Both the position numbers and the translations under genes were made by a program. Source: Paraspadella gotoi (lineage: Eukaryota > Animalia > Chaetognatha). From it: 14,099 nt of DNA. Each line of letters starts with the position of its first letter. The first letter of the stretch is position 1. The notes beneath the pieces are model-generated. The model was not told the DNA's origin, did not search any database, and was given only the letters and a program-made list of their open reading frames with translations. The stretch lies in contig JBJCIZ010000408.1 in assembly GCA_051294375.1 (NCBI GenBank), forward strand, positions 1-14,099. The letters run 5' to 3'. This document shows positions 1 to 9,817 of the stretch, in pieces.

Positions 1-66
1 GTGGTTTCCTCTTTCGTCGGCGGTGCGTTGCAGACGTGAGACGCTTGGATGATGCAGACGCGGCAT
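1..66 (-). CDS. Probable 5' start of gag ORF of a second LTR retrotransposon (MPRLHHPSVSRLQRTADERGNH..., runs off window edge)
   Basis: Minus-strand AAAATGCCG start at 66, open to the window edge. GC-rich, and lies after an A-rich ~280-nt leader downstream of the candidate LTR. No domain recognisable in 22 aa. Confidence 0.4.
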   Translation of the reverse strand, partial: MPRLHHPSVSRLQRTADERGNH

Positions 67-347
67 TTTAAAAAAAAAGATTTAATTGAAAAATTTATTC
101 TGCGTTTAAAATGATTTTATTTTTAAAAATGATTAGATTTTGAAAGGAAAAAAAAAAAGATATTCGTTGAAAAATGATTTGAATTGAAAACTGTTTTGAA
201 AAAATTATTCGAATTCGAGAAATTGGGAAAAAAAAAATTTGCCAAAGGAAAAATTAAAAAATAAAAACAGTTCGTTTTCGTTGGTTTGTAGTTTTTTTTT
301 TTGGTTTTCGTTTTTTTTAGGTTCCTTTTTTACATCGGCTCCACACG

Positions 348-546
348 TGTGGACCCAACAAGTTTCAGAGTAAGAATAATTTATTCTTCAACAACGCTCT
401 ATTACAATGGTATTTACAAAGGTCAACGTTTGACCATAAAAGGTCAACGTTTTGACCATAAATAAGTTGCGGGGAATTGAGCGAGGTAAGTTTTGGTAAG
501 GTCATGTGGTTTGACGAGGTTGCGTGTTCTTGTATGTTCGTCCACA
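348..546 (-). mobile_element. Candidate 5' LTR (199 bp) of a minus-strand LTR retrotransposon
   Basis: Bounded by 7-bp inverted termini TGTGGAC (348-354) / GTCCACA (540-546), i.e. TG...CA. Minus-strand AATAAA near the 3' end. Followed on the minus strand by cgtg-TGGAGCCGATG (PBS-like TGG), a leader and an ATG. No TSD on the two flanks, as expected for one LTR of an intact element. Confidence 0.55.
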
Positions 547-934
547 AAGGCCAAATAAAAAATTACTATTAATAAGTTAATAAATTTAATTAAATTTAGT
601 CAATATAATAATATTTAAAAAAATTTAATAAAAATTATCAAATAAATATTAATATTAATATCAGTAATTATGGTAATAATCAAAAATTTACTTAAAAATT
701 ATCTAAAAAATATATGATTAAAATCGATTTTATCTTTAAAGTGACTATAAATTATTATGTTCAACGCTGCAAAAAAGGGGATTGTACCTTGTGAGTTTTA
801 TCCTGGTCAACTTTTTTTGTTTTAATGGTTCCAATGTATAGAGCAGACAAGAAAAACCAAATAGAAGAAGTTGTTAAGAGAGATCTAGTGTGGTTATTGA
901 TTTTTGGTAGATCTAATATTCATGGTTATATCAT

Positions 935-2017
935 AGGTTCTAGTTGGTTGGCGACTTCGCCATGGCGATTATCGCCAGGGCATTGGCGATGTCGCCAGTC
1001 CCCCCACTGGCGACCTCGCCCAGTGATAAAAGTAGCAAATATGATGAAAAGCGCAGCTTACACGGGGATGAACATCACTACAGGCTCCTCTCCAACCCTA
1101 AACCAAACCTCCCGTTTAACTCTGTGCCTCTCCCCTAACCCTAACCCAGGGCCCGGCCTTCCGTACATCTCCGTGCCTAAAACCTTAACCGCCTTTGATG
1201 CATCAACCATGAGTCCCTCCCCCAACCCTAACCCTAAACCAAGACCTCCCGTTCAACTCCATGCCTCTCCCCTAACCCTAACCCAGGCCCGGCCATCCCG
1301 TACATCTCCGTACCTCAACCCTAACCCTAAGCCGCCTTCGTTGCATCAACCATGGGTCCCTCCCCCAACCCTAACCCTAAACCAAGCCTCCTGTTCAACT
1401 CCATGCCTCTCCGCCTAACCCTAACCCAGGCCGGCCTCCCGTACATCTTCGTACCTCAACCCCTAACCCTAACCGCCTTCGATGGCATCAACCAGGTCCC
1501 TCCCCAACCCATAAACCAAGCCTCTCTGTTCAACTCCATGCCTCTCCCCTAACCCTAACCCAGGCCCGGCCTCTCGTACATCTCCGTAACCTCAACCCTA
1601 ACCCTAATCGCCTTCAATATATAACCACGGGCCTCTCCCCAACCCTAACCCTAAACCGGGCCCAGGCCTCCCGTACATCTTCCGTGCCTCAACCCTAATC
1701 CCTAATGTCCCTCGCCAGTACCTTCCCTAAGCCTAACCCTAACGCGGGCCCTCTTGGTCATCAACAACACCCTCCCTACCCCTATCCCTAAAATTGACAT
1801 TAATAATAAGCCTAAAATAAACTTAACTTAACTCAACCCTAAACTACTCAACCCTAACCCCTACCAACTCAACCCTAACCCTAATCTGAGTTTAGTTTAG
1901 GCGAAATCGCCATAACTCGAACGCTAGATGTAGTTCACTGCTAAATCGCCAAATGGCGAGGGCGTCATGGCTAAGTCGCGATTTGGCGATTTTGCACTTA
2001 CTGAAATGATCGCACCA
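935..2017. mobile_element. Non-autonomous element-like unit: clusters of GGCGA-N2/3-TCGCC palindromes at both ends around a telomeric-repeat satellite
   Basis: Palindromes at 949-962, 963-977, 984-997, 1005-1025 and 1900-1911, with degenerate copies to ~1995. GC-rich island in AT-rich DNA. Possible 5-bp TSD ATCAT at 930-934 and 2018-2022. Confidence 0.5.
1087..1884. repeat. Higher-order tandem repeat (~135-141 bp unit = three ~45-48 bp monomers, each usually with CCCTAACCCTAA); ~4.5 units plus degenerate tail
   Basis: Marker CGTACATCT recurs at ~1161, 1298, 1439, 1574 and 1671. Each unit has three related CCTC...AACCCTAACCCTAA subunits. Confidence 0.9.
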
Positions 2018-2866
2018 ATCATTTGGTTATCATCTCATCAATTATTGGTTATTGGTTATCATCGCATCAATTTTTTGTCTTTCTTTTTTTATTTCTTTAT
2101 TTCCTTTTCTCGACTGGCGAGATCCTATTCTTTTAAAATTTGTTTCTTGTATTCACAAGACATTAAGTAATCGGTATCGGGAGTTTGGAAGGAAAAATCC
2201 AAAAACACCTTTCTATGATCCCAACTACTGGGCATGCCAGCAACAATTCATTTAATTATTCTAAGAATATAAAACAGCAAAGCTTTTACGAAATACTTTC
2301 TCTTAGTCAAGAGTTCATTAGTCATCAACTCCGACTTTTTTTTTCAGCACATCTCTACTCATCTCTTTACAACCAAGCTGCGTTGGCAGGATTGGATGGT
2401 TATAGTCAAGGAATCGCTGCTTCATCTGCTTCCCAACTTTCTGAAAGTCAGAAATTTTTAAAATTTGTTTTTAATATGACACAATGAAAAATAACGTGGC
2501 GAAACGGTCTCGTGCTGATTTTGTCCCTTTAAAATTGTTTCTAAGCCAAATTAATTGATTATTACTTTTGGTAATATGTGCGATATACACTACTGAACAT
2601 TTAGGGTGGAGTGATGAAAAGATTGAGCGATGGAACAATATTTTTTTGCTGCTTTTGTATATGTAATAAAAAATAATTAAACCTTTTTTCAAAAAAAATT
2701 TGCATAACAGTATCATTAATTGAATTTTCTTTATAGTAATATCCTGATAAAATCATAAAATTTTAAAATCATATTTTCTTAATTTTAAAAACAGTTTTGG
2801 ATTCGCCGGAAAAAACTTCTCATATAATAGTTTCTACTACAAAGTGTAACAAAGTAGAGAATTTGA

Positions 2867-3580
2867 TAGGACTAAGATCTGAACAAAAAAAAGTCAGAGG
2901 TTTTTTTAATGTATTCTATACGCGGCCAATGTAGAATGATGCGCAATATTGCTATTGTTAAGTTTCAAAAAAATCCGACCATAAATATAGAAAATAAAAA
3001 CCAAATCTTCGGGAAAATCCACCCCTTCTTTGGAAGATTTTGCCATAGAAGATTTTTCCTGAATCTGACTCCCGGTTAAAAACTCTTTAGAATTCTGATT
3101 GTTAGCTCGTCTTTACTTTTACTTTAAATATAAAATTCCACCAAAATGGACTAATTCACCTTACCATGATCCTATCATATTAAAATAATTAAATAAAATG
3201 TAAAAAAAATTTTGAGAGCCCTTCAGATTCCGAATTTGAAGCTTATTGTAAAAATCACAACATATGTTAAATGCGTTTACATTGCATGGAAGTGGAGAAA
3301 TCCTTTTATTTTATATATAAAAAATTGTGTCAAAAATATTTTCCCAAGCGGGACCAGTCCATTTGAATCTGATGGTTTGATGCCAAAATGATGGTTATTT
3401 GTCAAGAGGAAAAAAATGCGAGCTCTTGAGATGCAACAGGATCTAAATCGAGTGTTTTTACATCTATTTTTTACCTGAATTTTTCCCAGGGGTCGTTTAC
3501 ATTGTTTGGTAGTCAGATTTTAACGAAAATCTCCATTTAAAAAGTCTTTCTCGATTTCTAAGAACAACGTAGACTCCTAA
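2867..3580 (+). repeat. Dispersed repeat family, copy 1 (MITE-like/unclassified)
   Basis: 2867-2907 matches 7712-7750. 3148-3241 matches 7751-7861. ~3143-3580 aligns with ~5551-6020 (shared TACCATGAT, TTTTGAGAGCC, GAAAATCTCCAT, AAGAAC-ACGTAGACTC). Confidence 0.8.
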
Positions 3581-4247
3581 ATTTGACCTTTTTTTCCATT
3601 TTTTATGCATATTTTTATATTTTTGATCTAACTTTTTGTGAAGAATCAGAATCTTAATAAACATTTTTTAAAAAAAATTATTTTGAAAAATTTATGATAG
3701 GGTAGCCGCACTCAATGGGGTGAGTTCAAAAATTTTAGAGTGAGTTACAAACGAATATTTAGACATTTTTAAGAATACTTTCAATGGACAAAAAATTTCT
3801 AATATGGCTCTATACCCTAGTAATTAATTTGTTAATATTTATTTATAGATAGGAAGGCTAAAAATTTTTTTTGAATTTTTAAATTTTAAGACCAGATTCA
3901 GATAGCTCATAAAAAGTTTTCTACACAAAGTATGATCTTTTTTAAATATTTTTTATGATAAGTGTGTCAAAAATAAGAAAAAACTGTAAAAAATCATCAT
4001 CATCATCATCTTTCGATGATTTTATCAGTTTTTTTATATTTTCACTTAGAAAACGTAAGAATTTTTAAAAGCTGTAATTATATTTCTTATTTAAACTTTT
4101 TATGCTCTATCAGAATCCAATCAAAAAATTAAGATTTTAAAAAAATTATTTTTTGCTCTCTATATTCATGGTAATTATCCTTTCTTTTTTTCGTTGTTTG
4201 AGAGATTAACAAAGTTTGATTTTATTTTGCAACGAATTTTATTTATA

Positions 4248-4295
4248 AGAGCATACATGTTTCGGCTCCACAATACGAGCCTTCTTCAGCGCACA
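4248..4295 (-). ncRNA. Minimal type I hammerhead ribozyme
   Basis: Minus strand reads CTGAAGA (4289-4283), A, GGCTC-gtattgtg-GAGCC (stem II), GAAA (4263-4260), CATGTA. Helix III is the palindrome ACATGT with a GUA cleavage triplet. Stem I is imperfect (GTGCG/TGCTC). Confidence 0.8.
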
Positions 4296-4474
4296 TGAGT
4301 TATGAACTTGATACAAGTTTTTAGTTAAAGTAAAGAGAGAGAGAGGAGAGAAAGAGAGAGATGGTTAAAGGTTTCCCAACAAAGAATTGAGTAAGGACAG
4401 TGATCAGTGGTGAGGACAGATTTTTGGAAGTGGCTAGTTTGAATAAGTTTTTGAAAAGAAGTGAAAATTGGTGA

Positions 4475-4480
<6 letters not shown>

Positions 4481-4504
<24 letters not shown>
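4481..4504. repeat. (AG)12 microsatellite
   Basis: Direct reading. Confidence 0.95.
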
Positions 4505-4505
<1 letters not shown>

Positions 4506-4969
4506 CAAAATAAATAAATAATTACATTTGAGCAATGTACAACATAGATAAAGATAAAGGAAACTGTTTAATAACAAATGAAATAAATTAATTTTTGAAA
4601 ATTGAAATTGAAAAAAGTTGAAAATTTGAAATGAGAAGTTGAAAATTTGAGATTTTAGAGAGATAGATAATTGCTCTCTATAGTAATATAATATTTTTAA
4701 TAAGGCGAGTACCCTCAGAAGAAAGCATTTTTGACAAAAAATATTTTAATACCATAATCTAGGGTCATGATAGATTATTTTAACGCTGTATACATTAGCA
4801 TTTAAATTTCATCGGCTATGGCTATTTATGATTTTATAAGAATATTACTATAAATATATTATAATTAATAATACTTTTGTATTTTTTGTACTCCTTAATC
4901 ATACTATCTCACGTCTAAATATCCTTGTTTGATCACTCAAATAAAATTTATGTTCCCCAGTGCTCCACT

Positions 4970-5374
4970 CTATTGTTCCTTTTGCTTTTGATAAACGGTC
5001 AACTTGTGATGGAAGTATTGCCATTTATCATGTAGAAATGGAATGCGCTTATCAATCAAATTTTTTACAAGATCGATGTTAGAAAAACCTTCATAATCCC
5101 CAGACATGAGAGCCTCTTCAAGGCTCCATAACAGGTTTCTAAGACCAACAAGATCGTCTTTACTTAAAGTAGTCATGTTTATAATATCACGTAATCTTTC
5201 AGCAGCAGTATGTTGCCTATAACCCCAGTGATGAACTAACTTTTGTTTAGCATATTCCTGTAATGCTTTCGAATTTTCCTCTAGAGTATGCAATCTTTCA
5301 TGAGATTTGCACACACACACGCTTTCTCTTACGTGTAGGTTGGCAGCAAGCAACTTGTATTTAAAATCATAAAT
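4970..5374 (-). CDS. Candidate terminal coding exon of an unidentified, predicted alpha-helical protein (134 aa, IYDFKYKLLAANL...KQKEQ*)
   Basis: 405-nt open frame in very AT-rich DNA with protein-like composition. Begins immediately after a CATAG acceptor-like site (5379-5375). No family recognised. Confidence 0.45.
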   Translation of the reverse strand: MYDFKYKLLAANLHVRESVCVCKSHERLHTLEENSKALQEYAKQKLVHHWGYRQHTAAERLRDIINMTTLSKDDLVGLRNLLWSLEEALMSGDYEGFSNIDLVKNLIDKRIPFLHDKWQYFHHKLTVYQKQKEQ

Positions 5375-5550
5375 CTATGGATAACGGATGTTCTTTAATT
5401 TACCCGCCCTTGTGATATTGACGATTGGACATCATTTAAAAATTTCGTTAATACCCAACAAGAACGAAACCGACATAGGATGCGAAACTTACCCATAATA
5501 AGAGGAATAATATAATAATATAATATAATGTGACGGCATAAACAGAACAT

Positions 5551-6020
5551 AAATGGACCTAATTCACATTACCATGATACGTATCAAATCAAACACCTAA
5601 GCCTAAGATAAAATGTAAAGAAAAATTTTGAGAGCCTTCAAACGCAACTTTGCCAAAAATCAAAGTTGGACCTTCATTTGATTGAACAGAGACACATACC
5701 CAGCCACATTTATACGTTTTCAAAGGCAAAAAACTCCTTGTAATTCCTATATAAAATCAGAGATGAAATATTTTCCAATCCAGAAGCACAGTCTCATTTG
5801 CTTCTGGCATTGTTTGATATCAAGAGGTGTTTGATGATTTGACAGAGAGAAAAAAAAAATGCAAGCCCTTCAGAATGCAACAGCCATCGGAATCAAAGTG
5901 TTTTTTAATCGATATTTTACCCAGAATTTTACCAGGACGTATACATTGTCTCTGGTAGCACAATTTGAACCGAAAATCTCCATGAAAAGTATCTACGATC
6001 TCAAGAACGACGTAGACTCT
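5551..6020 (+). repeat. Dispersed repeat family, copy 2 (diverged)
   Basis: Collinear similarity to ~3143-3580. Confidence 0.75.
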
Positions 6021-6283
6021 ATTAAGGTTCAAGCTTCAAGAGAGCACACCAAATCCGGCGGCAATTTTTTATTTAGAACCTCAAATTTCAATCCCAACAC
6101 CAGTAAACCGTCATTTTTAAACGCAAATTTTAATTTTTTTTCAATTAACACACCTAACCTCAGTGTAATATAAACAACTAAACAAGTCATTCCAATTATG
6201 TTATAAGAATCAATTAATGATGAAACATAAACGTTATAGTAAGAGAGAGCAGAACGCTTATATGAGGATGTCTAATAATTTTA

Positions 6284-6556
6284 TTACAAAAAAGAATGAT
6301 TAAAAATTGTAAAATTGTAAAATTCAAAGCCATTCGCCCTGGAATCTGAAGTTGGGTCCACTTTGATAACAACCCTCAAGTTGCCATAGACTGCCACAGA
6401 TTCCACAGAGGACCAGTCCTCATGCCTGCTTTTGACATTTAGTTTCTGTTCCCCCAGCGTCAAAACTGGTTCAAAAACAAGACTGAAAAAAAAATAAATA
6501 AACACTTTGCAGCATTCCCTCCTTGTTTACTGACTGCTTTCCGCAGCCACAGCCAT
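6284..6556 (-). CDS. Candidate small two-exon ORF (6556-6531 + 6482-6284; MAVAAESSHLVFEPVLTLGEQK..., ~74 aa), unknown
   Basis: ACAAATGG start, GTAAAC donor at 6530, strong T-tract-CAG acceptor ending 6483. Intron phases match (48-nt intron). Locally higher GC. No homology recognised. Confidence 0.25.
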
Positions 6557-7119
6557 TTGTTAATTTAAAAAAAATTGTAACAAAATTTGGATAAAACTTA
6601 AAGATCGGTAAAGCCATCATTTAACAGTAAATGAAAATAGATTTTAAAGTTCTTTGCTCGACTTTCAGTTCTGTAAAAATCTACAGAAAAAAAAAAAAAA
6701 TAAAAATAAATAAACAAAAAGATTGGAGCTAAAACCGTTTGAAATAAAAATAAACTAAAATTATTTTATTAAGTATGAAAGGTGGGAGAATTCTATGAGA
6801 GGGATTTTGGAAAATGTTACTAGTTTCAAGATATTTAGAATTTAATGCCAAAATTCTTTTTTTTTTTCTTATGAAGATAAGTGAATTTGAAAAATCCTCT
6901 CATAGAATTGGGACCCTTGTCTCAAGTAAATTTATGTAAAATTTCAACCGAAAGAAAATCCCATTAGCCATTTGGGCCGCACCTCTTCCAAAAGGTTTCT
7001 TTTATTTTATATAGTGTTATAAAATTTGAAAAAACATCAATGGATTCGAAGAGAAGATAAAGTGAATACATTTTCAGAATCAACTGGACCTCTACTTTTC
7101 GAATACAAGCTTTATTTAA

Positions 7120-7471
7120 TCCTTATTATAACTTTTGGCGAGTGATCCCAGGCCTTAAGACGAGATAAGAGACGCGAGAATTCGTTTTTAAATATTCACA
7201 TTTTTTCTTAATTTCGCATTATTACGGGATTCGCGTAGTTTGTCTTATAAAATGCACTCGAATTTTGTCGTTTTTATTTTAGAAGCAAATTCGTTGTTCT
7301 TTTTCGCGAGTTTAGTTTTTCCGTCTTATTCTTATGCAGCCGCTTGAGTGAATCGCTGACCGATCGGAAAGGGATGCGCAACAGAGAGTTTATTTTTAAA
7401 AGGCGTTTAATTGAAGTCCAAAGTCGAAATAGATTATTGAGACTTTTACCGTAACGCCGTGAGCGAGCTAG
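7120..7471 (+). mobile_element. Short non-autonomous Helitron-like element
   Basis: A|TCCTTATTATA 5' end and CTAG|T 3' end (insertion between A and T, no TSD). Degenerate GC-rich subterminal hairpin ACCGTAACGCCGT ~7448-7460. CpG-richer than its flanks. Confidence 0.5.
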
Positions 7472-7711
7472 TGTATTCTGACTTGCTTTTCATTTATACA
7501 AATTCGAAGTATATAAATTTAGTAATATTGATTGTAGCGTGAGACATGAAGCAAGTAGAAGGGAGACATAAAGCAAGTCAAAGGGAGACTATTTCTAAAG
7601 ATACCAAAAAAAAGAACTTATTAAAAATAGTCAACTTTAAGTTTAACCATACAATTACAAAATATCATTTTAAATGCTTACCGACAGTCACGAATCATTG
7701 GTAACTTATCC

Positions 7712-7861
7712 TAGGACTAAGATCTGACAAAAAAAGTCAGAGGTTTTTTTGGACTAATTCACTTTACCATGATCGTATCATATTAAAATAATTAAATAAA
7801 ATGTAAAAAAAAATTTTGAGAGCCCTTCAAACATATGGCTATCAGATTCCTGAATTTGAAG
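7712..7861 (+). repeat. Dispersed repeat family, copy 3 (partial; lacks the 2908-3147 segment of copy 1)
   Basis: High identity to 2867-2907 joined directly to 3148-3241. Includes hairpin TCTGAC-A7-GTCAGA (7723-7741). Confidence 0.85.
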
Positions 7862-7879
7862 TTCGGTGGAAACGTACGA

Positions 7880-8083
7880 GTGGAAATGAGTTTAAATGAA
7901 AAAAATATGAGTCACATTTACTTGAATCTTTTTATTTATCTTAACCCTTGATAGATTGAGATGAAATTTTGTGATCTGGTAGGAAAGTGTGAGGAGAAGC
8001 CAGATATAAAGTTTTGACGGAATTGTGCAAGTGGAAATGAGTTTAATGGAAAAAACATAAGTCACATTTACTTGAATCTTTTA
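7880..8083 (+). repeat. ~54-bp direct repeat, two copies 151 bp apart
   Basis: GTGGAAATGAGTTTAA...GTCACATTTACTTGAATCTTTT at 7880-7934 and 8031-8083. Confidence 0.85.
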
Positions 8084-8139
8084 TTAATGTATTATAATAA
8101 ATGTTTTAATTGATTATATAATTAATTAATGTGAAAAAA

Positions 8140-8300
8140 TGATGCAATTTAAAAAAACTTATGCAAGTTGAAAAAATTATGCAAGTTGAAAAAATTATGC
8201 AAGTTGAAAAAAGAATTATGCAAGGAAATATGCAAGTTACATAAAAGCAATCGTCGCAATTGCATAAAAAGAGAGAGAGAGAGAGAGAGAAGGAGACATA
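8140..8300 (+). repeat. 18-bp minisatellite (TGCAAGTTGAAAAAATTA)n followed by (GA)10
   Basis: ATGCAAG at 8161, 8179 and 8197; (GA)10 at 8271-8290. Confidence 0.9.
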
Positions 8301-8805
8301 AAAATAAAATAGAGGATATTTGTTGTTTTTGATAATAATGTAAACAAAACATATTTTAACTGTCCTGACCAATTATAAGGACATCGAATGATGATAGCTG
8401 AATATAAATTTATATTAATTATTAATATTAAAATTAATTAATTAATCGATTAATTAATTAATTAATTATCGTAGGCAATCCGACATTGTTTTGCTCAAAC
8501 TTGTATAAATAATAATTATATTGTCTGTGATAACTATTTATAAATTAGTTAAATATGAAAATAATGACCCTCGGTCTGGTTCTTCCTAAAAAAAGAACAA
8601 TCTAAATTTAATTCAAGAGATATAAAATTTTTAAAGTGAGGAAATAAAATTTTTTTTGATAGTAAAAAATATTTGGAAGCTCAAAAATATTATAGTGAAA
8701 ATAGTTATAATAGTTATGAAATTGGTACAACCAATATAACCCTAACCCTTATATAATAGTAATAGTTACAAAAAAAATTTTATTCAGTTTTTTTTGCTTT
8801 TTTTT

Positions 8806-8880
8806 GTGAATCAGCAGGGCGCGAACCCGAGTCCTTTGGATTGGCAGGAGCTCGCGCTACCTCCGAGGCTTCTGGACGAG
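8806..8880 (-). pseudogene. tRNA-derived sequence (SINE head or tRNA pseudogene, Gly-GCC-like)
   Basis: Minus strand has A-box-like AGCCTCGGAGGTAG, anticodon-loop-like CCTGCCAA and B-box-like GGTTCGCGCCC at tRNA spacing, followed by an A-tract. Acceptor and anticodon stems do not pair properly. Confidence 0.5.
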
Positions 8881-8887
8881 TTCAGCT

Positions 8888-9345
8888 TCTCTCTCTCTCT
8901 TTTAATTATATGTCGCTCTCTCTCTCTTTTTCTCCGTCGCTGCTGCTTCTGATTCTGATTTGTGACGTGGTCGTCGTCGTCGTCGTCGTTATTGTTGTAG
9001 TCGTCGGCATCACACTTTTTATCTTGCCAACCTGCATACTTTTTTCAACTTGCTTACTTTTTTTAACTTGCATAATTTTTTTAAATTTATATAATTTTTT
9101 CAACTTATATAATTTTTTTCATCTTGCTTAATTTTTTAAATTGCATAATTTTTTCAACTTGCATAATTTTTTTAACTTGCATAATTTTTTCAACTTGTAA
9201 AATTTTTTTAACTTGCATAATTTTTTTAATTTGCATAATTTGCATAAAACTTGCATTATTTTTTAACTTGCATAATTTTTTCAACTTGCATAATTTTTTC
9301 AACTTTCATAATTTTTTCAACTTGTATGATTTTTTAACTTGCATA
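8888..9345 (-). repeat. Inverted copy of the 18-bp minisatellite (~17 units, ~9030-9345) with (CT)n and (GTC)n tracts; truncated by the LTR insertion
   Basis: Repeated TAATTTTTTCAACTTGCA, the reverse complement of the 8140-8240 unit. Confidence 0.9.
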
Positions 9346-9787
9346 TGTAACGAATCAACTAAGAAAGAAAGAGAGAGAAAGATGGGTGGCCGTCGCCGTT
9401 CACGCTTCAATGGTCGCCGACCAAGAGCGGCCGGCCCCGCCCCCCCCGATGAGGAGGAAGGGAGAGGAAAATCCTCCTTAAAGCTAAACTCAGGTGACAG
9501 GAATAATGGAAAAGAGGAAACAAAGGAAGAGAGGGTATATAAGGCACGGCGGAAAGAGAAGGAGAGCAGCAGAGAGCAGAGAGTGAAAATAAAAATAGGA
9601 CTTCTGTCCAAAACACAAAAACATAAGAATAAAGTTTATTGCATCCTGATATTAACTGTCAAAACTTTTGTAAACTTTCTGTTGTCAAAGAAATAAAGCC
9701 AAATAACCTCACACGAATTTTTCTTCTAAACAACTATAAAAGTCGAGACCGAATCCTCTAAGCTAGCAAGTTGTTTGTAGCGTTACA
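9346..9787 (+). repeat. 5' LTR (~442 bp)
   Basis: TGTAACG...CGTTACA perfect 7-bp inverted termini. TATATAA at 9536-9542; AATAAA at 9628-9633 and 9692-9697. An alternative end at 9794 (GATACA), closer to the PBS, is possible. Confidence 0.8.
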
Positions 9788-9798
9788 TGATACAAAAT

Positions 9799-9816
9799 TG
9801 GAGACCTTGCCAGGAT
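9799..9816 (+). promoter_or_regulatory. Primer-binding site, tRNA-Arg-like
   Basis: TGGAGACCTTGCCAGGAT just after the LTR resembles the complement of the tRNA-Arg 3' end (TGGCGA...TGCCAGGA); tRNA identity recalled from memory. Confidence 0.6.
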
Positions 9817-9817
9817 T

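Larger units (their letters stand above)
4165..4670 (-). mobile_element. Penelope-like element pseudo-LTR/3' fragment with 12-bp target-site duplication
   Basis: Exact direct repeat TTGCTCTCTATA at 4153-4164 and 4671-4682. Contains a minimal hammerhead followed by AATAAA motifs on the minus strand; pyrimidine-rich minus strand. Confidence 0.7.
3840..4700. repeat. Degenerate inverted-repeat (MITE-like) element interrupted by the Penelope-like insertion
   Basis: Reverse complement of ~3840-3920 (CCAGATTCAGATAGCTCATAAAAAGTTT) aligns with 4093-4164 (AAACTTTTTATGCTCTATCAGAATCC) and appears to continue after 4682. Boundaries approximate. Confidence 0.5.

Noticed and set aside
335-345. 11-bp identity (TCGGCTCCACA) with the hammerhead stem at 4262-4272
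   Set aside because: Short match with no flanking similarity; probably coincidental.
825-1552. Pro-rich ORFs (PNPNP repeats)
   Set aside because: Translation of the CCCTAA satellite; not evidence of a gene.
1087-1884. True telomere or CRISPR-like array
   Set aside because: CCCTAA occurs only as doublets within longer units at an internal position; the intervening sequences are themselves repeated, the context is eukaryotic and there are no cas genes.
5820-6173. ORFs of 70 and 104 aa
   Set aside because: They lie largely in a dispersed repeat whose other copy has indels across the frame.
7723-7750. Hairpin + T-tract resembling a rho-independent terminator
   Set aside because: Eukaryotic repeat context; part of a dispersed repeat.
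8106-9696. ORFs with CIIFST/MQVEK repeats and the LTR-spanning 190-aa ORF
   Set aside because: Artefacts of the 18-bp minisatellite and the purine-rich LTR.
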